NCBI RefSeq assembly: GCF_039654945.1
Contig: NW_027361688.1
Coordinates: 54,870,001-54,934,000, forward strand
DNA from: Dendrobates tinctorius
Taxonomy: Eukaryota
DNA: 64,000 nucleotides
Direction: 5' to 3'
A program made the translations under genes and the position numbers. Below are positions 13,141-26,862 of the stretch, piece after piece. The notes under the pieces are model-generated. The model made no database searches, was not told the origin of the DNA, and worked only from the letters and a program-made list of their open reading frames with translations. Every line of letters begins with the position of its first letter. Within the stretch, counting starts at the first letter, position 1.

Positions 13141-15298
13141 CAGCGGCGCTGGAAGAAAACAAATTCGCAAAATGACTTCACCACATTCAAACAGGCAACA
13201 CTCGATTTCAAATCTGCCCTCACCTCTGCTAAACAGGACTACTTCACAACCCTCGTATCTTCCCTATCTTACAACCCAAAACAGTTATTGAAAACTTTTA
13301 ACTTCCTCCTCCGCCCACCACTGCTTCCTCCAACCTCCCTCATCTCTGCCGATGACTTTGCCACACACTTCAAAAACAAGACTGACCAAACAAGGCAAGT
13401 CTTCATCATTCAACCACCACAACCCCTTTGTATACCAGACCAATGCCCAAACCCCATAACCTCACTCTCCAACATTACTGAAGGGGAGCTTAATCGCCTC
13501 TTCTCCAAATCGCACCTCACAACCTGTGCACTTGACCCCATCCCATCCCACCTCCTCCCCAACCTCACCACCACATTTATCCCATCCCTAACCCACCTCT
13601 TCAACCTATCACTAACGTCCGGTACCCTCCCTTCTGCTTTCAAGCAGGCCACAATCACACCTATCCTTAAAAAGCCAACCCTCAACCCAACCGCTATGTC
13701 CAGCTATCGCCCAATATCATTGCTTCCATTCGCTTCCAAACTCCTGGAACAGCATGTCCACACTGAACTTTCCTCCCACCTATCATCTAACTTGCCCTTT
13801 GACAATCTGCAATCTGGTTTCCACCCCCATCACTCTACTGAGACAGCCCTGACCAAAAATACTAACGACCTACTTACAGCCAAATCAAATGGACAATACT
13901 CTATACTCCTGCTTCTAGACCTGTCCGCTGCATTTGACACAGTTGACCACTGCCTCTTACTACAGATCCTCTCCTCCTTCGGCATCAAAGGCCTTGCCCT
14001 ATCCTGGATCTCCTCATACCTTTCCAACCGCACATTCAGCGTCTCCCACTCCCACACCACCTCCTCATCCCACCCTCTCTCTGTTGGAGTCCCCCAAGGC
14101 TCTGTTTTAGGACCCCTACTCTTCTCAATCTATACACTTCGTCTGGGGCAACTCATAAAGTCCCACGGATTCCACTACCACCTTTATGCTGATGACACTC
14201 AGATCTACCTCTCTGGCCCAGAAGTCACCTCTCTGCTGTCCAGAATCCCAGAGTGTCTATCAGCCATATCCTCCTTCTTCTCCTCTCGCTTCCTCAAACT
14301 CAATGTAGACAAATCTGAACTCATCATCTTTCCTCCATCTCACAGACCTTCTTTACCCGACCTAGCTATAACAATTAATGACATCACACTTTCCCCAGTA
14401 CCAGAAGTCCACTGCCTCGGAGTAACCTTTGATTCTGCCCTGTCCTTCAAACCGCACATCCAAGCTCTTTCTACCTCCTGTCGCCTCCAGCTCAAAAATA
14501 TTTCCAGAATGCGTCCTTTCCTCAACCCTCAATCTACTAAAATGCTTGTGCCTGCCCTCATCATCTCCCGCCTCGACTACTGCAACATCCTTTTCTGTGG
14601 TCTCCCTGCTAATACCCTCGCACCTCTCCAGTCCATCCTTAACTCTGCCGCCCGACTAATTCATCTCTCTCCTCGCTACTCCTCCGCTTCTCCCCTCTGC
14701 AAATCTCTTCACTGGCTCCCATTCCATCAGCATATCCAGTTCAAATTACTAATTCTGACCTACAAGGCCATCTGTAACCTGTCTCCCCATATGTCTCTGA
14801 ACTAATCTCCCGATACCTTCCCTCACGTAATCTCCGGTCCTCCCAAGACCTCCTTCTCTCCTCCACACTTATTCGCTCCTCACCCAACCACCTCCAAGAC
14901 TTCTCCCGAATAGCTCCTATTCTCTGGAATTCTTTGCCCCAACAAGTCCGACTATCAACCACATTTGGATCCTTCAGACGGAACCTGAAAACCCACCTCT
15001 TCAAGAAAGCCTACAGCCTGCAATGACCCTGCTACCTCCTTCTCTCTCACCACTACCAGTGATATCACCTCAACCAACACCGGAACTGCTGCAACCCACC
15101 AACCTACTGTCTCCTTCCCCACCATCCTGTAGCATGTAAGCCCGAAAGGGCAGGGTCCTCTCTCCCCTCTGTATCAGTCTGTCATTGTTAGTTTGTTTAC
15201 TGTAAGTGATATCTGTAATTTGTATGTAACCCCTTCTCATGTACAGCACCATGGAATCAATGGTGCTATATAAATAAATAATAATGATAATAATAATA
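13141..15298 (+). mobile_element. 5'-truncated L2/CR1-group LINE with a largely intact reverse transcriptase frame
   Basis: ORF 13114..14805 has [37 protein letters not shown] and YADDTQ. It frameshifts near 14790, lacks the endonuclease and ends in a (TAA)n tail at 15270-15298. Confidence 0.92.
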
Positions 15299-15520
15299 CC
15301 TCTACCTACCACCTCATCCAATAAACTGGGCCATTCTGGCATCACTGCCATTCATTGCCTCATCCCACCGTTTGCCTTACAGTCTAAATGTTCCCCCGTT
15401 AAGACAGAGTGGTTGCTGCAAAACTGGACAGCAGATGATTTTTAAAAAATATAATATGAGGCCAACAAAGAAATAGGAAATATGCCAATATGCAACCCTA
15501 TGCAGTAATTGGGTGAAGAA

Positions 15521-15817
15521 TAGGAATGAGCGAACCTTTTGAAGTTTGGGTTCTGGTACACGATCCAAACTTTATTCCAAAGTTCAGTTCGAGTGCCAGA
15601 ACTGTACCCAAACATGAACTGTCCCAATCCCCATTTACAACAATGTTGACCCGAACTTTTGAGCAGAGAAATATTTATCTCTCTGTAACTGATTTCCCCC
15701 TGAATCCCGAACATTTCAATGGACTACAATGAGAAGTATGTATTCGGCATGTCGCAGCAGACACTAACTGTCCGGTAAAAAACCCTGAACTTTCAAGTTC
15801 GGATTTGCTCATCTCTA
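15521..15817. mobile_element. hAT MITE
   Basis: TAGGAATGAGCGAA...TTTGCTCATCTCTA; 8-bp TSD GTGAAGAA. Confidence 0.8.
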
Positions 15818-16979
15818 GTGAAGAACTAAAACATTGCCCAAGAAATCTTGTGGGCAAAAACCCTTCACAAAGAAGAAAGGCACACAGAAGGCTCACAAGA
15901 ACAGGCATCAGTCACCTAAGTGTTTTGCTTTTTTTTAAAACCTTGCCAATATTTAACCCATTCCCGACCCATGATGCCTACGTAGGCGTCATGAAAAGTA
16001 GTGCCCAAACGACCCATGTTGCCCCCGTAGGCGTCATGCTATAAATAGCGCTCCTGCAGGTTGGGTGACCGGGGTCAATGAAAGGTCACCCGACCCGTAC
16101 ACAAAGGACCCTTTGTGCTTCACCACGGGGGGGTGGCTTAGCCCCCACGTGGCTACAATTGCTCTGATTGGCTGTTGAAAGTGAAACAGCAAATCAGAGT
16201 GATAGTAATATTTCATCAATGAAATTTGATGAAATATTACAATCCAGCCATGGCTGATGCTGCAGTAGCATCGGACATGGCTGGAGACTCTAATTTAACT
16301 CCCCCACACCGACTGGTGGGGGCGATCAGCCTCCGCAATGGACTGACAGCAGCAATGGGCTGCTGCTGTCACGATCTGCCCCCCTCCCCTTCCCTCCGAT
16401 CCCCCTACAGTCCGATCCCCCCTCACCCTCCCTGGTACCTGTCACGTCTCGCTCTGGCTCCCGGTGTCCCACCGTCCCTCCTGCATGGGCGCCGCCATCT
16501 TTGAAAATGCGCAGTACGATTGTAATATTTCACCAATTAAATTTGGTGAAATATTACAATCGGTCCATGGCCGATGCTGCAATAGCATCGGCCATGGCTG
16601 GAGACAGCAATCAGACCCCTCACCCATCGACTGATGGCGCCGATCAACTGCCACCACCGACTGACGGCAGTGATCAGACACCGCATTCATCATCAGGTCC
16701 CCTCCCCCTTCCCTCCTCTCCCCCCAGCCTTCCGATCCCCCCACCGGCCCCGGTACCTCCTGTCCCTCTGGCCATCCCGGTGTCCTGCGTCATGGGCGCC
16801 GCCATCTTGGAAAATGGCAGGTGCATGCGCAGTGCGCCGGCTGCAGATTCATTCATTTATTTTGATCACTGTGAGAAACTCTCACAGTGATCAAAATAGA
16901 AAAAAGTAAATAAACCCCCATTATCACCCCCATAGGTAGGGACATATAATAAAATAAAGAAAATATTTTTATTTTTCCA

Positions 16980-17335
16980 TTAGGGTTAGGTTTGGAATTA
17001 GGGTAAGGGTTGGAAATAGGGTTAGGGCTGAAATTAGGGTTAGGGGTGGAATTAGAGTTAGGGCTGGAATTAGGGTTGGGTTGGAATTAGGGTTAGGGTT
17101 GTGATTAGGGTTATGGTTGGAATTAGGGTTAAGGTTGTGATTAGGGTTAGGGTTGGAATTAGGGTTAAGATTAGGGTTAGGGGTGGGTTGGGGTTGGGAT
17201 TAGGGTTAGGCTTGTAGTTAGGGTTAGAGTAGGGATTAGGGTTAGGGGTGTGTTGGGGTTAGGGTTGTTGTTAGGGTTATGATTAGGGTTGGATTAGGGT
17301 TAGGGGTGAGTTGGGATTAGGGTTGGAGTTAGAAT
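16980..17335 (+). repeat. Degenerate interstitial (TTAGGG)n telomere-like array inside the piggyBac-like element
   Basis: Many TTAGGG units interspersed with TTGGAA/TTGTGA/TTGGGA variants; recurring 18-mer GGAATTAGGGTTAGGGTT-like period. Confidence 0.9.
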
Positions 17336-17339
17336 TGAG

Positions 17340-19260
17340 GGGTTTCCACTGTTTAGGTACATCCGGGGGTCTCCAAACGCGACATGGCACCACCATTTAT
17401 TCCAGCCAATTTTGCGTTTAAAAATTCAAACAGTGCTCCCTCCATTCCGAGCCCCGATGTGTGCCCAAACAGTGGTTTACCCCCACATATTGGGTATCAG
17501 CATACTCAGGAAAAATTGCACAACAACTATTGGGGTCTAATTTCTCCTGTTACAATTGGAAAAATAAAAAATTGGGGGCTAAAATAATTTTTGTGGAAAA
17601 AAATGATTTTTTATTTTCACGGCTCTGCGTTATAAACTTCTGTGAAGCACTTGGGGGTTCGAAGTGCTCACCAGACATCTAGATAAGTTCCTTGGGGGGT
17701 CTAGTTTCCAAAATGGGGTCACTTGTGGGGGTTTCTACTGTTTAGACACATCAGGGGCTCTGCAAACGTAACATGATGCCTGCAGACCATTCCATGAAGT
17801 CGGCATTTTAAAACGTCACTACTTCCCTTCCGAGCCCCGACATGTGCCCAAACAGTGGTTCCCCCCACATATGGGGTACCAGCTTACTCAGGACAAACTG
17901 TACAACAACTTTTAGGGCCCAATCTATCCTGTTACCCTTGTGAAAATAAAAAATTGTGGGCTAAAAAATCATTTTTTGAGAAAAAAATATTTTTTATTTT
18001 CATGCTTTTGCGTTATAAACTTCTGTGAAGAACTCGGGGGTTAAAATTACTCACACATCTAGATTAGTTCCTTTGGTGGTCTAGTTTCCAAAATGGGGTC
18101 ACTTGTGGGGGGTTTCCACTGTTTAGGCACATTAGGGGCTCTGCAAATGTAACATGATGCCCGCAGACCATTCCATCAAGTTGACATTTCAAAACGTCAC
18201 TACTTCCCTTCCGAGCCCCCACGTGTGCCCAAACAGTGGTCCCCCCACATATGGGGTACCAGCATACTCAGGAGAAACTGGACAACAACTTTAGGAGTCC
18301 AATTTTTCCTGTTACCATTGTGAAAATAAAAATTAGCGGGCTAAAAAATCATTTTTTGAGGAAAAAAATATTTTTATTTTCACAGCTCTGCGTTATAAAC
18401 TTCTGTGAAGCACTTGGGGGTTCAAAGTGCTCACCACACATCTAGATAAGTTTCTTTGGGGGTCTAGTTTCCAAAATGGGGTCACTTGTGGGGGAGCTCC
18501 AATGTTTAGCACACAGGGGCTCTCCAAACGTGATATGGTGTTCGCTAACGATTGGAGCTAATTTTCCATTCAAAAAGTCAAATGGCACTCCTTCCCTTCC
18601 GGGCCCTGCCATGCGTCCAAACTGTGGTTTATGACCACATATGAGGTATTGGTGTACTCAGGAGAAATTGCCCAACACATTTTAGGATCCATTTTACCCT
18701 GTTGCCCATGTGAAAATGAAAAAACTGAGTCTAAAAGAAAATTTTTGTGAAAAAAGTACTTTTTTTTTTAAGGATCAATTTGTGAAGCACCTGGGGGTTC
18801 AAAGTACTCACTATGCATCTAGATAAGTTCCCTGGAGGGTCTAGTTTCCAAAATGGGGTCACTTGTGCGGAGCTCCAATGTTTAGGCACACAGGGACTCT
18901 ACAAATGCGGCATGGCAATGCTAAATATTCCAGCATATTTTCCATTCAAAAAGTCAAATGGCGCTCCTTCCCTTCTGAGCCCTGCCGTGTGCCCAAACAG
19001 TGGTTTATGACCACATATGAGGTATCGGTGTACTCAGAAGAAATTGCCCAAAAAATTTTAGGATCCATTTTATCCTATTACCCATGTGAAAATGAAATAA
19101 ATGATGCTAAAAGAAAATTTTTGTTGGAAAAATTAAAATGTCCATTTTTTCCTTCCATGTTGCTTTAGTCCCTGTGAAGTACCTGAAGGGTTAATAATCT
19201 TCTTGAATATAGTTTTGAGTAGCTTGAAGGGTGCAGTTTTTAGAATGGTGTCACTTTTGG
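17340..19260. repeat. About 380-bp tandem repeat, roughly 5 diverged copies, inside the piggyBac-like element
   Basis: Anchor ctagtttccaaaatggggtcacttgtg at 17701, 18081, 18463 and 18841, with a degenerate copy near 19240. Confidence 0.85.
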
Positions 19261-21191
19261 TCATTTTCTGCCATATAGACCCCTCAAAGTGACTTCAAAT
19301 GTGAGGTGGTCCCTAAAAAAAGGTTTTGTAAATTTTGTTGTAAAAATGAGAAATCGCTGGTCAACTTTTAACCCTTATAACTTCATAGCAAAAAGTTTTG
19401 TTTGCAAAATTGTGCTGATCTAAAGTTGACATGTGGGAAATGTTATTTATTAACTATTTTGTGTCACATAACTGGTTTAACAGAATAAAAATTAAAAATT
19501 TGAAAATTGTGACATTTTCAAAATTTTCTCCAAAGTTCCATTTTTTCACAAATAAACGCAAAAATTATCGACCTCAATTTACCATTAATATGAAGCCCAA
19601 TATGTCATGAAAAAACAATCTCAGAATCGCTAGGATGCGTTGAAGCGTTCCTGAGTTATTACCTCATAAAGGGACACTGGTCAGAAATGCAAAAAATGGC
19701 CAGGTCATTAAGGTCAAAATAGGCTGGGTCATGAATGGGTTAAATAATACAACATATTTAAACTGTATTAAAAGAAAACTGTAATGCCTTTCATTATCAC
19801 ACAAATATGTGCATAAGATTTACTACATATAATTGTCTTTTCTATCCCTTTATCACAAAGAAAATCAATTTTGCAAGTTAGTTTAGCCACAAGAGCTGTA
19901 ATCTGAAATATAATTTTCTGCAAATTATTACTGTTCCTGATTGTGCATCCAAAATTAACTATTAACATCTTTCATTATAATATAAAATGTAAATAAAAAA
20001 ATATAAGATTTACAAAACAGAAAGATTCGATTACAGAATATAAATCTTTATAAGAATATAGACATATTAACTCAAGAAGTGATCACAGGAGACAACATTT
20101 CCCCAACAATAACCTCGCTTAATTTCATTGCAAAGCCTAATAAATAAGTGTGATTGTGAGCCCTTCCATGAGTAGGCTTCCTGCCAAATCTAAATCCCTC
20201 AATGACAAACATGTATCATTGGATCACCATGAGCTCTAAACCTGCCCAAAACAGACAATGAACTTCGCAATAAATGTTTTAGTCTCTCTTAAAATGTTCT
20301 GTGCTATAGTCATTTCCATTTCAATGGTGTTTTGCATTTTCTACATTGACTATTTACATATAGAATTATCCGGATGCCACAAAGCGTTTATTAATCTAAG
20401 GACACTTAACTGATGATTTAGTTTTGTCACAGAAACTACAGTATAATAGATTAGTGGGCTGATTCATCAGGACTGGCAGAGTTTATGCTCGTGCTACACC
20501 AGTCTTACTGGAGAACAAGGCACCAAATTCATTGAGGCACATAACACAGTAAATTCAGCACCTCTTCTAAGCCGTATGCACCTACTTGCTCTGCACCAGA
20601 AATGCTACTCCTGTCAACACCTGGAGTAGCTCTTCTGACGTATAAAACTCATTGTTCACCAGCTCTTCACATCTGTCCATTTTGGTGAAGCCCATTAAAA
20701 TTGGCGTGAAAATTCAAAAAGTTGCCAAACTCTTCATTGTGCAAAAATTTTGCAAATTTCATGGTTTTCACACCAGTTTTCTGGCATAAAAGTTTTGATG
20801 AAATTCCCCTAAGTTTTTAAAACTATTTAAAAAATCTGCAGGATGTGCTACAACTTTTTAAATTATTTTAATGTGACCTTTAAAAGGCAAAATCTGTAGC
20901 AAACTCAGCAAAATGTGCAACAAAATCCACATATAACATGATGCAAACAATTTTAGTGGCAAAATAGTCAGCTACTTTATACAGTTTGCTTTTTCATCCA
21001 TACAACGTGCCATTCTTTGATATGTCTTGTATTGCATCTTAGATCATTCTGCTACTATGGAAAATAACAACTTTACTACAGCAGATAGCAATTTGGTGTT
21101 GAAACCAACACTTGGTTGTTATTGGCTAATCAATAAAACAATAAGTTTACAACATATGATTTTGAGCTCCCATCATATTTTTTGCACTCAC

Positions 21192-23615
21192 CTGCATATA
21201 ATTATTAGTAGAATCATTCTTATTCTCATTTCCAAGTCCTGGATCATCAGCATCAATTAGATTCTCCACCGGAACTTCTAGGTTTGATTTCATATAAGTG
21301 AAGTCATTTTCACAAGAATCCAAAGCCACACAGACATTGTATGAGTTTGTCAGAGGTAGAGATCCATCACTGTACCAGGAGAGAATTCTTGGATCTATTG
21401 GAGGATACAGGTTTGTCCTCAGAGATCCAAATTCTGCTGTAGGTTTTGATTCCTTGCATTTCGAAATGATTCCCAGCAGGACGGTTACAATGAACAGCAA
21501 GGAGATAAGGGCCAAAGAAATGACCAAATAGAATTGCAAATTAGATTGAGTATCTTCAATAATTTCATTGATAAATTTTGGAATAACTTGTTGGAAATTA
21601 TCTGCAATTGCAAGACTAACTGTCACTGTAGCTGAAAGTGATGGAAAACCATTGTCCTTCACCATTACCACAACCTTATGATTCAAAGCATCCTTTTCTT
21701 GAAACATACGTGCGGTTCTTATTTCACCAGTTTGCTGATTAATGGTAAAAAATGTTGATTCTGCTACTGACAAAAAATCATAGGAGAGCCAAGAATTATG
21801 ACCAGAGTCTATGTCCACTGCAACCACCTTTGCTATCAAAGAACCTGGTTCAGATGCAAAAGGCACCATCTCAAACGAAGACAACCCTCCAATATCTGGA
21901 GATGGGTACAAGATCTTCGGCGCATTATCATTCTGGTCTACTATACGGATAATCAATGTAACATTGCTGCTTAGACATGGGAACCCATTGTCTGTAGCAT
22001 TTACTTGTATAACAAACTCTTTATGCTTCTCATAGTCAAATGATCTTTGTGCGTAGAGATCTCCAGTCTCCATATTGATGGAAAAATAGGATGAGATCGG
22101 TGGATCTTCCGCTATGGTATTGAAAATTGTGTAGATTATTTTAGCATTGTCTCCGGTATCAGGATCAAAGGCTTGGACACTGAATATTGAAACTCCTGGT
22201 AAATTATTTTCTGGCAAATAGGTAATATAAGTAGATTTCCTGAATAAGGGTAGATTGTCGTTAATATCAGATACTTCTAAAGTGATAGATTTTTGGCTGG
22301 AGAGCAAAGTAGATCCTCTGTCATTAGCTAATATGGTTAAGTTGTAAGTGGATACTTTTTCTCTGTCAATGGAACCTGCAGTAACAATTCTATAATAACT
22401 ATCAGATGTTAAAATCAAATTGAAGGTTATTTCTTCCATGAGTTTACAATCAACTTCTCCATTTGCTCCAGAATCTTGATCATGGACTCTTATGAGAGCT
22501 ATTACAGCACCAGGTGGAGAGTCCTCGGGAATTGGAGAAAACAATGATGTGAGGGTTATCTCAGGAGCATTGTCATTCACATCTATTACTTCTATCAATA
22601 GTTTGCAATGGGCAACAAAGCCTCCTCCATCTTTAGCTTGTATGGAGAGTTCATAGTTCTTTACAACTTCAAAATCTAATGGTTTATTGGTTGTAACGTC
22701 ACCACTTCTTGGGTGGATGGTAAACATCCCTGTATGATGGACATTAGCAGATGTTTTACTGAAGGAATATGAGATTTGGGCATTTACACCTTCATCTCTA
22801 TCAGTTGCATTTACTGTAATTATTGTGGTATTGATTGGTATGTCTTCATTTACACTGACTTTATAGACTTCATGAGTGAATGTGGGCACATTATCATTTG
22901 CATCAGTAACAATAATCCTTAATAATGTGGTTCCAGATCTCACAGGGTTTCCTCCATCCATAGCTGTTAACAATAATTCATGGATATGCTTAGATTCTCG
23001 ATCTAAAGGTTTCTCTAGCACAAGCTCTGGAGATTTACTCCCATCATTACTTATCTTCTCACTGAGTGTAAAATACTGGTTATCGCTGAGCTTGTAGGAT
23101 TGTATAGAATTTAGACCAATATCTGGATCTTCTGCAGTCTGTAAAGCCAATCTAGTACCAGTTGTAGTTAATTCTATCATTTCCACAATAAATGTTTCAT
23201 GAAAAAATCTAGGAGAATTATCATTTATGTCCTGAATTTCTACAGTCACTTTGAAAACATTAAATGGTTTCTCAACCACAGCATCAAAGCTTAGGAAGCA
23301 AGATGGTGCTGCCCCACACAATGTATCTCTGTCTAGCCTGTCCTTAATATACAGATTTCCATTTTCTAGACTGACATAGAAATATTTCTCTGATATTTTG
23401 GATAGAATTTGCAGCTTACTAGATGAGAGCTGCTTCATATTTAATCCAAGGTCATCTGCAATATTTGCTATAACAGAGTCTTTCCTCATTTCTTCTACAA
23501 TTGAATAATGAATCTGACCAGAGATTGAATGACACAGCCAAGCCCAAAGAAAATATAATGTTACTTGCCATCTGAGTCCTTTGTATTTCTGCCTATATTG
23601 TTGCATCTCAGTCAT
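21192..23615 (-). CDS. pcdhg: Protocadherin-gamma variable exon 3
   Basis: Intact 822-aa ORF with six cadherin repeats and TM. Donor CAG|GTGAGT at 21192/21191. Confidence 0.95.
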
Positions 23616-23853
23616 CTTATGTCAGAATCTTCTCTTCTCTAATCCTTTGGATTGTCAGCATTAATAATCCAGCAGAACAGATATCAAAATATAAATTGTG
23701 GTTAAAGGATAGCAAAAATCCAGAAAAATATTCATAAAATCCTTTGTTATGTTTAGACAGAATCCAGAATACGTCTGTATCTCTCTTGCAGACCTTCAGT
23801 GTGTCTGAAGAAGAAAAATACCAGTGGCTCTCCAGTTCTGTATTCTTCTCCTT

Positions 23854-23898
23854 ATTGGTTAAACAGCGGCGCTCAGAGGTGAAAGTGAGGAACTGCAG
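23854..23898 (-). promoter_or_regulatory. Pcdh promoter CSE plus CCAAT box, exon 3
   Basis: + strand attggttaaacagcggcgctcagaggtgaaagtgaggaactgcag. Confidence 0.9.
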
Positions 23899-25996
23899 TA
23901 CTTACTTTCCCTGTTCATCATTAGTGTGAAATATTCCATATTGTTTGTTTTATAGATTAAAATGATTTTATTTTTCAATGTAAATATCTATAAACATCTT
24001 ACTGAGTAAGTAATGAATTGCTGCCTTTATCAAAAAATATCATTTTGATTTTTTTTATTAATTGTTGGAATGACAATGTAAAACCTCTAATAAAATTAAT
24101 TTGATGTATCATGTATTCTTGTTTTTAAAATAAGAAACGTCGTCTGGCAGACATTAATTTTTTCAAAAGGCTGAGAATACCATTAAAAAAGTAATGGTCA
24201 TCTCATCCCCCACTCTTCCCTTAGCTACCCTTCACTAGTCCATACCTTTGGGGTCACCTTGAAGAACAAGCAGCTCAGCCAATCAGTGGTGGCAGCAGTG
24301 ACCCGCCTCTGACAGTGATTGGCTGAGAGGTTATTTCCTGTGTAATATGATTTGATGGACCAAGAAGTAGAGAGCAAGGTAACCTAGTGAACATTGCAAA
24401 CCTAGTGAACATTGCAATGCACGTGGCAGGAGATTAAAACAAATCTCAACAGGACAACTGTAAATATAAAATCATGAGTCTTTCATTATAGTAGTAAGAA
24501 GACTTTAGTACTTTTGAATATAATAATATCAAAAGTAAGCATTGTTTTTTGGCACTCAGGTTACAGTTCCCAATCACTGTTGAGCATAATGTCCTGTAAC
24601 AGTACCAGTAGGATCTATATGCTTTCCCCATGCTTTGCTTTATGGCTCATAAGAAGGGTTGCACTCTTGATTTTTTTCTCCATTTCTTGATGAATTATCT
24701 GAAAATCATGGGCAAATAACTCATGGGCAAGGCCTGTTCACCTTTATGAAGATTACAAGATCAGGCATACTTTTTGTGTATATGTTCTCATTTAAAAACC
24801 TTAATGTTCTGTAAGTCCAACTCAAGTACTAAACATAAATACATACATACCTACATACATACTTCCATGCCATTATATCTGCCCACCCTATTGCAAAATG
24901 TATCGACAAACCAGTAGAACATAGGATGTGACATCAAACATGTTTTTCTTTTTGACAATCCACTTATGTTATTATATGGACCTGCAACATCAAATGATCC
25001 TATAGATATGATCAAGCTTATCAAATCACCAACAGCGAGTGCAATTAAAGAATTGCTTTTACATTTAATTTCAATTATATTAAGTCTCTGAGCTTTTTAT
25101 TATACCAGAGTACATAATTATGATAAAAAGGTCTCAGAATGAGGAAAAACAGCACCATATTTTTATAGGGTTCCATATATTTGCTGGACCAAATGAGATT
25201 GAAGGACCAAGGGATCAAGGGTGCCCACAAAGAATTAGACTGTGGATTAGAATGAAAAGAAAAGGTGGCACTCACCATCCCTTTAAACACTTTCCTAATT
25301 TTATCGAGACATCACAATAAAAAACTGGAGTGAATATAACACGCCAGTGGAAGATGGTCGCTTTGCACCTCACTGTGCTTCAACTAGTCCTAAGTTGAAA
25401 CAGTCATCATCCACTGGCATGTCACTTTCACTCCTGCAACCAGTTTATAATTGTGATGCTTCAATAAAATTAAAAAAGTTGGGTGTAGTAGGGTGAACAA
25501 CCAGTACTCTTTTTTCGTCAAGATAAATATAACGCAAGGGTCAAGGGAAAGGTGCATAAAGTCGGCCATATGTTCCAAGCTCCGTTCAGACAACACTTCC
25601 TTGTCTCCACCTAGATGACAACTCTCCACCTCCTCCTCCTTCCTCTCTTCCTCCTCAGACCTTCCATGTAGTAAATATGGGATGAAGGTTAAGTGGTTAC
25701 TAGCCAGCTCCTGTTCCTCCATCTCCTCTTTGTTATGCAATCCACCCTGAGCAGATGAGATGAGGCTGGTTTGGATAGTATCTCCCTGTCTCATGTCTTT
25801 CTCCATCCACACCAGGTCCGCATGCATAGCTTCATGTTAAATTGTGAGCAGCGACTGTTTAAGCAGTTGACTATAGTGTCTTCACCACTCACCATCTTTG
25901 TGGACTCCTCTATGTCTTAGAGAACAAATGTCAAACATCCATACTCACTCTTCAGTTGCTATGTGCGGAGGCTGACCAGAATACTAATGGGCATAT

Positions 25997-26275
25997 TAAT
26001 AATAATAATCTTTATTTTTATATAGCGCTAAAAAATTCTGCAGCGCTTTACAGTTTTTGCACACATTAGCATCGCTGTCCCTGAAGGCTCACAATCTAAA
26101 TTCCCTATCAGTATGTCTTTGGAATGTGGGAGGAAACCAGAGTGCCCGGAGGAAACCCACGCAAACACGGGGAGAACATACAAACTCCTTGCAGATGTTG
26201 TCCTTGGTGGGATTCGAACCCAGGACTCCAGCGCTGCAAGGCTACAGCGCTAACCACTGAGCCACCGTGCCGCCC
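25997..26275 (-). mobile_element. tRNA-derived SINE (V-SINE-like) with L2-type tail
   Basis: Minus strand has A box GTGGCTCAGTGG, B box GGTTCGAATCC, central TTCTCCCCGTGTTTGCGTGGGTTTCCTCCGGG and an (ATT)n tail. Confidence 0.85.
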
Positions 26276-26821
26276 TATATTGGAGCTGGTATTCCACAAC
26301 TGGCCTCTGCTGCTCACAAAGCCTTGCCAGCATATGCAGTGTGGAGTTCCAGTGCATGGGGATGTCACACAACAGGCAGGAAGCTGGCACTTGCATGCGC
26401 TGCTGCTGCACTGTCAGAGTGGCAGCAGCTATAGTGGAAATGGGTGCTGATGCAAAGTACCTTGACCAGAAGCTATGGCAAATCTGGATAGGCTTTCAGA
26501 AACTGCTGAATTACCAAGTTCAGCATGTGTGCCAAGCATGGTATGCACAGGTGCATCTCACAAAATTAGAATATCATCAAAAAGTTAATGTAATTCAATT
26601 CTTCAATACAAAAAGTGAAACGCATATATTAGATAGAGTCATTACAAACAGAGAGATCTATTTCAAGTGTTTATTTCTGTTAATGTTGATGATTATGGCT
26701 TACAGCCAATGAAAACCCAAAAGTCATTATCTCAGTAAATTAGATATCAAAGAAATAATTTTCGGATTAACCGTGCGCTGCTAGACAAAACGACTCCTTT
26801 CCAGATTGTGTACTTTTATTT

Positions 26822-26862
26822 TCCCAACGCGTTTCGAAGTTTCAAACTTCTTCCTCAGGGGA
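26822..26862 (-). ncRNA. Minimal Penelope-type hammerhead ribozyme motif
   Basis: Minus strand TCCC-CTGAGGA-A-GAAGTT(TGA)AACTTC-GAAACGCGTT-GGGA. Confidence 0.65.

Larger units (their letters stand above)
15957..19739. mobile_element. Non-autonomous piggyBac-like element (3.8 kb)
   Basis: TTAA TSD at 15953-15956 and 19740-19743. TIRs CCCATTCCCGACCCA / CCCATTCATGACCCA (13/15). No transposase ORF. Confidence 0.85.

Noticed and set aside
13114-14805. Domesticated or autonomous RT gene
   Set aside because: 5'-truncated, no endonuclease, frameshift near 14790, and the ATG comes from flanking DNA.
16980-17335. True telomere or chromosome fusion site
   Set aside because: Short, degenerate, single orientation and enclosed within transposon TIRs.
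17340-19260. CRISPR-like array
   Set aside because: Eukaryotic context, and whole 380-bp units are homologous with no unique spacers.
26195-26275. tRNA gene
   Set aside because: The A and B boxes belong to a SINE head followed by SINE body and tail; a second decayed copy is at 55415-55595.
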